Virus record (IMG/VR): IMGVR_UViG_3300027733_000034
Coordinates: 32,001 to 96,000 of that record
DNA: 64,000 nucleotides
Strand: one strand, 5' to 3'
From: a virus
Below, piece after piece: positions 8,501-18,400 of the stretch (position 1 is the stretch's first letter; every line of letters begins with the position of its first letter). The translations under genes and the position numbers were made by a program. The notes below the pieces were generated by a model. It was not told where the DNA came from, ran no database searches, and was given only the letters and a program-made list of their open reading frames with translations.

Positions 8501-10296
8501 ATCAGATAGCTTCTAACAAATCAAATCATTTCAATCTCCATAAATATTTGGTTTCTGGAGATGGGGATTATGATTCTTTTGTTTCTTATGTATCTCATCG
8601 AGTAAATGGAGTAGTTCCATCAAGACCAACTTGGAAAAAAGCCATCAAAAATAGTACTGGGAATTGGATCGGTACAGAAATACCGTCAGATATGGTTTTG
8701 CGTCCCAATGATATTATAATATATCAACATCGCAGCACTATTGCGTATAATGATTTATATGATTTATCTACATTTGTTCAAGTTACTTCGCCATTTACCA
8801 TAAATGTAAAATTAGATGGTTGGAACTATACTACCAATTCTTTTTCTGTAACTAGTGTAGGTCCGGAAATGGGTGGCAAGCCTTTTTGGGCCATTGTTCC
8901 TACTGACACGGTTTCCATGGGTGGTGTGGTGCGTTTTATAAATGAATATGTACCTATACATCAGCCGGACATTTCTGGTATGGTTATTCATCATGCAGAC
9001 TATTTAACCTATACTAGGTCGCCGGTGCCAGTTAATGATTTAAGATGGATACAGCCTTTAAAAATGGATGAAAGTTTTGAAGGTAATACTTGGAATGAAA
9101 TAGTATTTGATAAAACTTTTTCTAATTTAAGAGATTTTCTTAAAACCAATATATATGATGTAATGGTAGATAATACTAAAATTCTTAGTAATTTATTGTT
9201 AGAAAGTTTTTCTCAATATAAACCAGCAAGATATCATTATATTGCTAGAAATGCTTTAACCTATTCTGAAAAATTGTATTTAAGAAACAAATGTAGCAAC
9301 AGTTACACCTCTCTTGTTTCTGGATTGGTTATGGAACCATTAAATCCTCATCAAAATTTAACCAATCGATATTACCCAACTATAGCTAATGTTTCTTTTC
9401 CTTCTTTAGCAGTTACAGAAAAACAAACAGGTGGATATTTATTGCCGGAATTTTTAGGAGTTTCTAGTTATAGGGGTAGGGGATTTGAATATGAAATAGA
9501 TACAAATGTTTTAAGTAAAATAGATGCTTTGAGTGCTGAGCGATTATTTTTAGATACTCAAAAATATGGTTCTAGAAACAGAGGTTTAACAGAAGAAGAT
9601 CAACTATCTCCAATTACTCTCAAACATACAGATAACAGTTGGATAATGGAACCATACAGCTCTGGTGGTAAGGCTGGTGTATTAATTAATACAAAAGAAA
9701 ATCAAAAATTTACACCTTATCAAACCTCTTATGAAACCCTAGGATATAATAAACACGGACTGTCCCGTCAGGATGATGATTTTGAATTTTGGAATTATGA
9801 CCAACCAGAACCTAGATGGGATCAGCAAAATGTAGACACTAGTTATCGTAATGAAATTAATGACGGAGTTTATCAGAAGCGAGTGGGCGCTCTATTAACC
9901 AATAGAGGGGCCTTGGTACAATGGCGTACGGATATTTTTGGATATGATTACGGTCTTTATAAACACACCGAATCTCTTAATTATGAAGATATGGTGTATG
10001 TTCACAAAGACCCACCTGGAATCACTAGTTTTACTTCAAATATAAGCTCTAGTTTACTTGATCTGTTAACCGATACTTTACTAACATTTAGTGTAACTGT
10101 TAGTGGATATGCTCCATATTCTTATCAGTGGTATAAAGATGATGTGGTTATTCCAAAAGGAACATTGCCTACCTTTACCATATATAAAACCTCTATCCCA
10201 GATACTGGGTATTATTATTGTAAGATATCCAATATAGCTGGATATACCGTAACTCCTACTAAAACTATTATTGTAAGAAGCAAGAGAGGATTTTAA
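5503..10296 (+). CDS. large virion protein with vWA domain and C-terminal Ig-like domain
   Basis: MIDAS-like DIVIAWDISRS...TNISGAL...IVLISDG; C-terminal FSVTVSG..PYSYQWYK...DTGYYYCKISNIAG. Confidence 0.75.
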   Translation: MSSVPLNTQTPLTYTQWINYQNATIHETNEFLYVEYLQTWYKSQKNTRTENQKTLKEQYVQLLKDLNFLFKETTSDPFLKDINYDNEEELILAIPFFAKKLKEIANVLTNKRETVKRAKSRYNSIGSTEGLQSLLYEYILKSFTQNQGHISQIPVLAVQAKFPELSAIKNDFFVEIEELHEPHSYHDKNNLPSLDSLLKGEEYLDDYFPLMNVTDEMVYNIISSKILPRVSETTLSTLFKDYLTNVLQSNNSSDLTYQINAEIAATEKYLGEKVYGLTAVKVEDYTQPDYILNNTFTVGSNWFLWPTGYQTLTEKVYNNSYVPLNIQQSNLLASGATAGTDLTNSDIIFTDKNGVVEGAWLQGPYTEPRNGITDLTIKSGEITEFLYPYVGFELSPKSLTFKTHSLTGRDVKLFKTLTISQQLTTLSDYYTQTFPSTASRSIYLNQTNLISQGAYANAFSDAADSITRNPHSYTLPNVYNGEIEKAYLYKFDRTDLPIVTGNQNILWPVTTYSAGINLPITLNEETSLPVRLIDTNATYDFDGAVAGLTIDQADIIYKLDSNGDFTKAIEGAWLQSASINTLIRENINIYGPLSAVNCAHYIEGPIQGALSFNSAGGTRTSFVWCGPDTRADYVFKFTEHASGCPYVKTYPHDYYEDQDYINPDPLYDKNHWNKCTCKAVYYSPLGHAGQNFEDYNSLTDYVYADPFNLGDNFTLTGWRDTHGLDYRESPQFAFFQLSPNNKGDNVVGFGEGNWKTSDKKLSSVGDRLILKTGRKYVYCRSNLRIGASRNIQIPSFVSKFPYSTLKSSVPDDSNYYDIVIAWDISRSQTYNFEKIKKAVAELVKEATLTKSRKTQISVVTFGTKASFVSYLTTDSYSLSLMVDGVKQFDFQKDYTTNISGALQLSRILLTEPFPSSNNSLGTIAGVCNNLNTTIVNYLGLLKTVNSPNPKANKKIVLISDGIETAPTVNTLALADSIKKAGIEIMTVSLGELSITGSKMDQIASNKSNHFNLHKYLVSGDGDYDSFVSYVSHRVNGVVPSRPTWKKAIKNSTGNWIGTEIPSDMVLRPNDIIIYQHRSTIAYNDLYDLSTFVQVTSPFTINVKLDGWNYTTNSFSVTSVGPEMGGKPFWAIVPTDTVSMGGVVRFINEYVPIHQPDISGMVIHHADYLTYTRSPVPVNDLRWIQPLKMDESFEGNTWNEIVFDKTFSNLRDFLKTNIYDVMVDNTKILSNLLLESFSQYKPARYHYIARNALTYSEKLYLRNKCSNSYTSLVSGLVMEPLNPHQNLTNRYYPTIANVSFPSLAVTEKQTGGYLLPEFLGVSSYRGRGFEYEIDTNVLSKIDALSAERLFLDTQKYGSRNRGLTEEDQLSPITLKHTDNSWIMEPYSSGGKAGVLINTKENQKFTPYQTSYETLGYNKHGLSRQDDDFEFWNYDQPEPRWDQQNVDTSYRNEINDGVYQKRVGALLTNRGALVQWRTDIFGYDYGLYKHTESLNYEDMVYVHKDPPGITSFTSNISSSLLDLLTDTLLTFSVTVSGYAPYSYQWYKDDVVIPKGTLPTFTIYKTSIPDTGYYYCKISNIAGYTVTPTKTIIVRSKRGF

Positions 10297-10764
10297 TTAT
10301 TTGCCAAAAGAAACCATATCTAACAAGTAATTAGATTTATTGATTCTAGACAAAATGTCTTCTTTGGTGTTATTTAAACCAGAAGAGACATTGATGATAT
10401 ATGTAGAAAATTCTTGAGAATTGAGAATAGAAACTAGAGTAGTAACTGTCTGGTAATAATTTTTCATTAAAGAATCCGTATTCTTGTAATTATCAATTTC
10501 TAAATTAATTTTTTCAGGGTCAAAACTTGGAAAAAGTTGCGTATCATTTTTACTAGTGCCTATAATTTCTTCTTGGAGTTTATCAAAAAGACCATCCAAG
10601 TCTTCGTATAAATCCCCCAAGATCTCATGTACGTTAAAGTTGGTGGAATACCAATGAACCATATGAATAGAAGTGAGTACTCTGGATAGTAGTAAACCAA
10701 AAAATCTAGAAGAATCTAGATTGTCTGTTTCTTGCATTTTAATAATTGTGATGTTTGCGTTCAT
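10297..10764 (-). CDS. ferritin/Dps-like protein (DUF5856-like)
   Basis: HMVHW...FNVHEILGDLYEDLDGLFDKLQEEIIG matches the Dps-type HW..H..Y..D..E pattern; C-terminal INKSNYLL. Confidence 0.75.
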   Translation of the reverse strand: MNANITIIKMQETDNLDSSRFFGLLLSRVLTSIHMVHWYSTNFNVHEILGDLYEDLDGLFDKLQEEIIGTSKNDTQLFPSFDPEKINLEIDNYKNTDSLMKNYYQTVTTLVSILNSQEFSTYIINVSSGLNNTKEDILSRINKSNYLLDMVSFGK

Positions 10765-11213
10765 GAATTTCTAAGTTTAAAGACTTGATTTCTGATGATG
10801 ATGTTATCTATTTTATCATCATTAGAGGTTAGTAAAAAATAATTTTCTGGTACATCAATTGGGCTGGCGGCTGTAGTTCGAGCCATTGTATCTAATTGAG
10901 AGGTTGAATCTATATATCCATATATCAATTGATTGCCTTGTTTAACATTGGTTATATAACCACAAGCTTCTAATTCTGTTACCAAACTAGCAATCATAGA
11001 CTCTTCATTTTTAAAATAAAATTTCCATACTTTAAATGGAAATAGTATATTCAAAGCTTCTGCTCGTTTACTGCAAGTTGTACACGGAGCGTCTTTGCCT
11101 GTAATAAGTTTAGTTAACCAACCTAAGAAATTAGAATGTAAAATAGAAGCAATAACATCACCGAGACCATTACTATATTTTAACTGTAACCGAGGATCTT
11201 TAGTTGGATTCAT
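10761..11213 (-). CDS. hypothetical protein with CxxC motif
   Basis: GLGDVIA...TKLITG..PCTTCSKRAEALN; ATG at 11213 preferred over the longer overlapping start. Confidence 0.65.
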   Translation of the reverse strand: MNPTKDPRLQLKYSNGLGDVIASILHSNFLGWLTKLITGKDAPCTTCSKRAEALNILFPFKVWKFYFKNEESMIASLVTELEACGYITNVKQGNQLIYGYIDSTSQLDTMARTTAASPIDVPENYFLLTSNDDKIDNIIIRNQVFKLRNS

Positions 11214-11595
11214 GTTGTTTTTTAAAAGAAGAATAATATTTAAGTCGCTGGGTTCTGTTATCAATAGCATCTATTATTTGTTCTGCCATATCTAAAAATT
11301 CAGAATCTGCTTCTGGATTGTCTTTAGTTGTCTTATAAAGTTGTCTCACTATGAGATGTAGTTGTTTGGATAACGGATATCTTTGATTAAGCTTTTCAAA
11401 AATTAAAATTTCATTAGCCTCGTTGGGATTATCTGATAAGTTAGGAACCATTTTGCCATTATTGAAATCTCCTTCCCAATACCATTCCGTCAACTTTAAG
11501 TGATCTGGTATTTCTATTTTTAATATATTAGCTTGGGGTGGGGCATCTGGACTATATCCTATAAAGGTACCTTCTCTGTTAAACAATACATACAT
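11200..11595 (-). CDS. hypothetical protein, possible tail-fibre assembly protein
   Basis: Follows fibre genes; RYPLSKQL-type motif seen in fibre-associated small proteins. Confidence 0.5.
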   Translation of the reverse strand: MYVLFNREGTFIGYSPDAPPQANILKIEIPDHLKLTEWYWEGDFNNGKMVPNLSDNPNEANEILIFEKLNQRYPLSKQLHLIVRQLYKTTKDNPEADSEFLDMAEQIIDAIDNRTQRLKYYSSFKKQHESN

Positions 11596-11603
11596 ATGAA
11601 GTA

Positions 11604-12986
11604 TTATGACTCATTTCCTAACAAATGTCCACGAACTGCAAAGTAAACATTGGAGAGACCTATTAAGAAAAAACCAGCACTGCCACCAACTGCAGATTTA
11701 CTATTTTGACCTGGCTTACCAATTTCACCACCAGCTCCTCCAATAGCATCATTAAAATTATCTGAGTCTAATCCTACTCCACCCAGACCACCTTTATTTT
11801 CTGAGGCAATAGATCCGTCCCTGACTACTATTCCCTTACTTTTCAAAAGAGCATTAGTGCCTCTATAACCACCAGCTCCAGGAGCAAATCCGGCACCTCC
11901 ACCACCTCCACCACCAGTAGAGGTACTGCCGTTTAAACCACCGTTGCCGCCACCGCCGCCGCCTCCTCCTCCGAGTATGCTACCATGATTTTCTATAATG
12001 GTTGGTACGAAAGCAGCTATGGCAGTTCCCCCACGCCCTCCTGGCTTGCCGATTTTACCTTTACCAGAATCTCCATCAAAACTATCCCCACCTGCTCCTC
12101 CTTCTCCACCATGACCTCCTATGAGACCATAATTAAAAAGTACTACTGAATCTCCTTCTTCTAAATTAGACAAAGTCATCGCCGCAATTCTTGAATTTGA
12201 AGAAGTAATACGGACTCCAGGTGAAACTGTTACTATAATGTCGGTGTGTCCTGATATATAACCAGGCAGTTTATCTGTATAATCTACTATATTAAAATCA
12301 ATAACATCTTTAGTGATGTTTAGAGTTGCAGATGTTCTACCGGTGGTCGTATTAAGAGTAGGACCTATTAAATTAACAAAATCCCATTTACCAGCTCCGG
12401 CCATAAATGTTACAATCTTGCCAAATTTAAAATACACATCGGCTCTAGAAATAGATGCAGTCACATACCGGTTCATATAGGATATGTCCGCTGAGGATAA
12501 TTTCGTAGTTATTAAATCATTTGGTCTGCTTTGATTGGTTGCTGTACTGTATAAAAACATACAGACATTAATTTTTGTAAGTTCTGGATAATTAATTGCT
12601 GGAAAATTTGCATCTACATAGGTTTGTGCTAAAGATGTTATTTGTTCTATAGTAGACTTATAATTTGGATTGGAGATGGTTTTGCCATCTGTAGAATCTA
12701 TATTTACTTCATAAACTACGGAAAATTCTTTGGTTTGCCAAATAGAACTTAATAAAGAAACTGCGGTATAGGCATTGTTATATCTTTGCAGATCACCAAG
12801 AGAAGATAGTAAATGTAAACGAGAAGTGAAAGAATCTAAAAATTTTGTAGCACTATCACTAGAGAAAAATTTTGTATCCAGATTACATATTTCTGCTTCT
12901 AATTTTAAAGCATTGTAATTATGCTTACCTGCGTCGTTACCAACACAATCGTCTGGAAACATTTCAAATGTAAAATTTCGATTCAT
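11604..12986 (-). CDS. tail adhesin with Gly-rich gp38-like C-terminus (paralog 3)
   Basis: NYGLIGGHGG, IENHGSILGGGGGGG and poly-Gly runs; start moved to MNRNFTF (12986) behind TAAATA. Confidence 0.7.
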   Translation of the reverse strand: MNRNFTFEMFPDDCVGNDAGKHNYNALKLEAEICNLDTKFFSSDSATKFLDSFTSRLHLLSSLGDLQRYNNAYTAVSLLSSIWQTKEFSVVYEVNIDSTDGKTISNPNYKSTIEQITSLAQTYVDANFPAINYPELTKINVCMFLYSTATNQSRPNDLITTKLSSADISYMNRYVTASISRADVYFKFGKIVTFMAGAGKWDFVNLIGPTLNTTTGRTSATLNITKDVIDFNIVDYTDKLPGYISGHTDIIVTVSPGVRITSSNSRIAAMTLSNLEEGDSVVLFNYGLIGGHGGEGGAGGDSFDGDSGKGKIGKPGGRGGTAIAAFVPTIIENHGSILGGGGGGGGGNGGLNGSTSTGGGGGGGAGFAPGAGGYRGTNALLKSKGIVVRDGSIASENKGGLGGVGLDSDNFNDAIGGAGGEIGKPGQNSKSAVGGSAGFFLIGLSNVYFAVRGHLLGNES

Positions 12987-12994
12987 AAATTTAT

Positions 12995-14650
12995 TTAAAT
13001 GGCTGGTCCTCGAACATCCCCTATATTTGACCAAGACACATACGAATTGCCTACAATATAATAACCAGCATTGCCAGGAGATTTTTTATCAAAATTTACA
13101 AGACTAGACGCAGAAGAACCATTCAATCCAAGATTGCCGCCAGCTCCTCCTAATGTATATAATGAACCAGAATCAGAAGATGAACCCCCAGATAAAAGTG
13201 TTCCGTTTTTGCCAGGTACTACATAAACTTTAGTTGTGCCAGAACTTCCTCCTGCTCCTGGGAGACTTCCAGCACCACCACTACCGGCAGCAGATGGATG
13301 AATCGCCTGAAAGCCGACAACCATAAAATCACCAATAGAACCACCACCACCACCACCACCGCTAATAACTCCAACATTTTTAATTGAAACATTAGAATTG
13401 ATTTGTAAAGCATCTCCTCCGTTTTCAGCCTCATTAGAAACTCCGGCTCCAACACCACCAGCTCCGACTATATAACCATAATTATTAATTGTAATTTTAC
13501 TGGAAAATGGTAAACTTTCCACAGTAAATGCTGGCTTGTTTGTAGAAGAAGAACCTACAATCACTCCTTCTTTGATATTAATAGTTACAATTGGTGTTAA
13601 TTTTTGATCCCAACCCTTATCTATTAATGCCTGTTTTGTGCTAAAATTATAAGTGTTAGATGTTATGTCTATAACAAAATTTGCAGTGGTGGGTGGTGGC
13701 GGAGTGTCCACTATTGGAGGTGTGTGTATTACTGGAGAGACTGTTTGTGGTGTAGTAATTTGATTGCCAACCACACTATCAAAAACCCAAGCACAATTAG
13801 ACACCTTAAATCTTAGAGAATTTAAAGCCGTATTTTCTCTACGATTGGTGTAGTCAATATACAGTTTCATTTGTATCCTACCCTCTCCCTGTAAAGCGCT
13901 CGCAGTTATGACAGAAGCTGGAGTTTGTTTGGCAATCATTTCTCCGGTCCAAGGTGGTCCTTCTTTTTCTTCATAATAAACGGCTCCATCTACAGAAAGT
14001 GTTTCGGGGTCACTTATGTTTTCATAAGGAAAATCAAATTGACAATATACCGTTTTGGTTTGAGGACATTTTAATATGAGACCATTGCAATTCAAATCTC
14101 CATTAGAACAATAACCGATGCCAGAACCATATGTAGCACACTGAGCATAAGCTATAGCCGTACCAGTCCTGCAAGTAGTGGGATCTGTTTTTGAAATCTG
14201 TTTGGATATTATTTCTTCTGTAAAAGAAAAGTTGGTAATAATGGCTTCTTGATTTTCTGCATATAGAGGTATGGTGGATGTTGGGTTGGTTACGGGAAAA
14301 TGGTTATTAAGCCAGTTTCCGATTTCTTCAACTACTGCAGCTGGCTTGCTCGTTTTAGAATTGTAAATACCGGGATAAAAAATGGTTAAAGGTTTTAACC
14401 ATTTAGCACTATTAGTTTCTACGGTAGAAGCAAAGGAAATCCATGTAGCAGAATTTTGTTTTGCTAAAGTCAAAGCATTATCCCAACCATCTTGATTGTA
14501 TAAAAATAAATCAAACAAAGGTTGCCACAAACTTTCTGCACTGAGTTTTATGTTATAAACCCATTTATCCAAATTAGCATAGTTCTGATTCATTAGTTGT
14601 AATGAATCTCCTATGAAATCTGTTTTTGATACTGGTAAAGTAGTTGGCAT
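12995..14650 (-). CDS. tail adhesin with Cys-rich loop, Pro linker and Gly-rich gp38-like C-terminus (paralog 2)
   Basis: FIGDSLQLMNQNYANL N-terminus (gp9/gp10-like), INNYGYIVGAGG, ISGGGGGGG. Confidence 0.7.
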   Translation of the reverse strand: MPTTLPVSKTDFIGDSLQLMNQNYANLDKWVYNIKLSAESLWQPLFDLFLYNQDGWDNALTLAKQNSATWISFASTVETNSAKWLKPLTIFYPGIYNSKTSKPAAVVEEIGNWLNNHFPVTNPTSTIPLYAENQEAIITNFSFTEEIISKQISKTDPTTCRTGTAIAYAQCATYGSGIGYCSNGDLNCNGLILKCPQTKTVYCQFDFPYENISDPETLSVDGAVYYEEKEGPPWTGEMIAKQTPASVITASALQGEGRIQMKLYIDYTNRRENTALNSLRFKVSNCAWVFDSVVGNQITTPQTVSPVIHTPPIVDTPPPPTTANFVIDITSNTYNFSTKQALIDKGWDQKLTPIVTINIKEGVIVGSSSTNKPAFTVESLPFSSKITINNYGYIVGAGGVGAGVSNEAENGGDALQINSNVSIKNVGVISGGGGGGGSIGDFMVVGFQAIHPSAAGSGGAGSLPGAGGSSGTTKVYVVPGKNGTLLSGGSSSDSGSLYTLGGAGGNLGLNGSSASSLVNFDKKSPGNAGYYIVGNSYVSWSNIGDVRGPAI

Positions 14651-14651
14651 A

Positions 14652-15437
14652 TTAAGTTATAAGGTTCCAAGAATTATTTATATTTTTATATCTTTGTCTT
14701 ACAATACGAGCTGTGGTGGAATCTGCTCCAGTCAAGGAATAAGAAATAGATAATGTTTTGGCACCAGAAGAAGGGCAAGGAGCTGACACGGCTAACGCTG
14801 GTGTAGTATAGGTACAATGGTCATATGCATTATCACAAGGACCCCAACCAGCATTACCGCCGTGATGATTACAACCCCGAGAATGGGGGTTACTGCAACT
14901 CGAACAATTAATGGTAGCACCTCCACCAGTTGGAGTACAGGGTTCTTCTAATTTTCTCGCAAAGGTATAAGAAAAATTATAATCTTTAAAAAGATTTACA
15001 TACACAGAAACTGTTTGACCTTCTGTATAATTAGAAGAAATAAAGTTAGCATTTAACCAATTAGGAATACTTAGGTTAATATAATTAGAATTAGTATACC
15101 AATCATCAAAACTAATAACAGTTGGAAATACTAGACTAAATTCCATACTCCAATTAGAACTTAATTGTTTAACTGTATTATGAGCGGTATTCCATCGTTC
15201 ACCGAAATTTTTTAAATTAGACGTAACACTTAACCAAGCCGCACTATTAGATGAAAATAAAGAATACAAGGCATTCCAGTTTGTCGCTTTTTCTTCTAAA
15301 GAAGATAAACTATAAGAAAGGGCTTCTACATTGTAATTAATGACGTCTACAGATTTATCTAAACACAAATCTTCATCTATCAAATGAATGATAGAACAAT
15401 CATAATTTAATTTTTCTGGTAAAGAAGCTAAAATCAT
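14652..15437 (-). CDS. baseplate/fibre protein, Cys-rich (paralog 1)
   Basis: CLDKSVDVINYNVEAL N-terminus and WLNANF shared with the two downstream genes; CSSC...C..HH..C..C cluster. Confidence 0.6.
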   Translation of the reverse strand: MILASLPEKLNYDCSIIHLIDEDLCLDKSVDVINYNVEALSYSLSSLEEKATNWNALYSLFSSNSAAWLSVTSNLKNFGERWNTAHNTVKQLSSNWSMEFSLVFPTVISFDDWYTNSNYINLSIPNWLNANFISSNYTEGQTVSVYVNLFKDYNFSYTFARKLEEPCTPTGGGATINCSSCSNPHSRGCNHHGGNAGWGPCDNAYDHCTYTTPALAVSAPCPSSGAKTLSISYSLTGADSTTARIVRQRYKNINNSWNLIT

Positions 15438-15438
15438 A

Positions 15439-18400
15439 TTATATCCAATTTATTTTATATAAAGACATATGGGCCGGTGATATTTTATAAACACTTTGTT
15501 TTATTGCACTTTCTAGATATTTTTTTGTTTTTTCATCTCCATTAAAGTTGTGTATGTTTATATTATAATATTTACTTTTACTCCCTGGAAGTTGCATTTT
15601 AAACCAATGTTCTATTTCTTCCACATAATGTCTATTACCACTAGGCATGTTCCATACCAAATCATGATGAGAGTCAGAAAATTTAAAACAAAGATAAAGT
15701 TGTTCTATGTCTCCATATTCTAGGGATTTGTTATAAATTCTTAAATCCGCCACTTTACCTATAAATTTATAAGCATCTTGTACCAATACCACATCATTTA
15801 AAGTACTATTTTTAACAGAGTCGGCTCCTAATAATAAAGAAGATCTATAGGTAAAATATAAATGTTTATTATCTGGTATAATTTTAGAATCTATTAAAAC
15901 AGCATCTAAATAAAAATTTGCTTTATGATTTTCAGTATCAAAATTTAAAACAAAATGATGCCATCCTGGTTTTAATATTGTAGTGTCACAGGTAAGTGTC
16001 AAGTCTTCTAAAGACGTTCCAGACGGGTAACCTATTTTAAGTTTCCAAGACAATGATTTGTTAAATTTGTAAAATTTACGCAAAAATTGAAATCCGGAAA
16101 AGTCTCCACTGGCACAAAATACTGGAGAAAAATTATTTAAATTGTCTAATGTGGATAAATCTGTTCTGGCTATCAAATCCCCACTCATATCCATCATATA
16201 CAATTCTTTGTCTCGGGCGTCTATGATTACAGCTAGGTCTTGGAATGAAAATTTTGTACAGCCTTTAATAGGGGTTTTGACAAAATTAATATATCTAAAA
16301 GTCTCTGTGGTTCTGATACAAATATCTTCTTCTACATTAGCCCTTTTGCCTATGCGAGTGGTTCTAATTATACCAAAATCATCAATTCTAGATATACTAT
16401 CTTGATCATGAAGTACCCATACATTATTAGAAGAATCACAAGTTATTTGTTGAACTGGTCCAAATGTAGCAAACATGGTTGGGGTGCCATGAGTATCAGT
16501 TAAAGGGTTGTATGCAGTTTTATAAACATTGTTACCCAAAGACTGCCAAATATTACCTTTATTATCTATTGTAGAACAATTTCCGTAAATTTCTAAAACC
16601 TGCAATAGTTTTGTTCGGGTATTTGCTGTTTTATATTTAAAAATTTCTATGCGTCTTGTATTTTTGTTTTTCAAATAAACATTGTCTATAAAAACTCCAT
16701 CTGAAGAAATTTTAGTAATTTGTTGTTTTGAATTTTGATACAAATATAATACTCCAGTGTCATCCACTTCTATTTGGGTTATTCCATAAGTTCCTGTATA
16801 GGTTTTAATTAAAATGTTGTCTACATCATATTTGTAACCAATAGCGTTGTTTGTATCAAAAATCCAATAGCTAAAATCAAATAACCTAATTGTTATAAAA
16901 TTAGTAGAAGAAATCGGAGCAGTTCGTGTAGTTGGTAAATTGGATATATTGGTAATTTTGTTTTGATAATTTAAACTAAAGATCTGGCCACCGGCTCGAT
17001 CTACCATAGTAAACAATGGAGCTGTCATAGCACTGTTGTTTATTAATCCATATCCACTATTATAATAATTTCCAAAAATTTGACTTCCTTGAATGTCATT
17101 CCAATCTTCCACATTTACCCACAAAGAAGTAGTAAAGTGTCTGGTTTCTAAAAGATTAGTTCTGGCTGGAAAGACTGCATGAGTGGTTCCATCCAATTCC
17201 CAATAATCTGAATTTTGAAGATCTAATCTATTGGTATGCACTATGCCATTATGATTATAAACTGAAGAATCCATTAAAGGAGATTGGCTCCAATCTGTTA
17301 TTTCTAAAACCTTAGATCCTAAAGAAGAATTTTTAGCACCGTCTAGATATGGTATATAGGATAAATTAGTTTCTGGACCGACATGAAAATATTTATAAAA
17401 TGCTCCGGGTTCCATATACAAGGTTGATGGAACATCATATACATAATTTTGATTAGGGTCTAGACGATCATTATATAACATGACCTGAGCAGACAAAGCT
17501 TGATCAAATGTATAATAAGCTGAATTATAAAATCTATCTAACCAAACCTTATCTCCAGCATTAGAGCCAGATAACCAAGCTCCTAACCAAGTATTAGAAT
17601 TAATTGAAATACTGGGAGGTTGTGGTAGACCTACGATGGTATCTTTATAATCTATTTGTCTGGCATATATTCTATCAGAAACAAAGGGATGGTGTCCAGC
17701 AACTGCTCCATCTTCTATTAATCCAACATTTTGAATAGGAGTTCTTTCAGCAGTTGGTGTATAACTAAATGGAGTTTCTTTATCTTTTATAAAAACTCTT
17801 TCTACTCCAAAAGCCTGATATCCGAGATGAACCTTATCCAATCCACCGTCTTGATTAGTACCCGTAAAGATAGATTCATACACTCTTTGAATACCGGAGA
17901 AACCTCCTACATAGTCAGAATGCATGCTATAATTGTATTCTGGAGTTTGATAGTTTTTTAACCCGTGGATATTTAACTCATAAACTGCGCGTCCGTCTTT
18001 TAACTTTGGATATTCGAAGGCATACTGGCCTAGATAATTTTGCAAGAAAGGACTAACATTTGTTATTGGATCCGGAGTTATTTCTCCTCTGTAATCTAAT
18101 TTGCTAGTAGTATATTTAGTGATATGAGAATTTGAAACTTCTCGATCTTCTATTGGTCTGTGTTTATAAGAAATAAATTTTAAAAATCCAGAAGTCGGAA
18201 GAGGTCTACCTGGATAACCAGCGTCCACAAACCAAGGAAATATTTTAAATATTTTAGAAGTAGTTGTTGAATCTAAACCAACAAAATATCGAAAACTAGT
18301 ATTTGGTACAAATAAACAAATACCATCTTCACTTAAAATGTAAGCGAATTTTTGAGTAATACTTTCTGGAAATTTTCTAGGAGCAAATCGTAATACCGAA

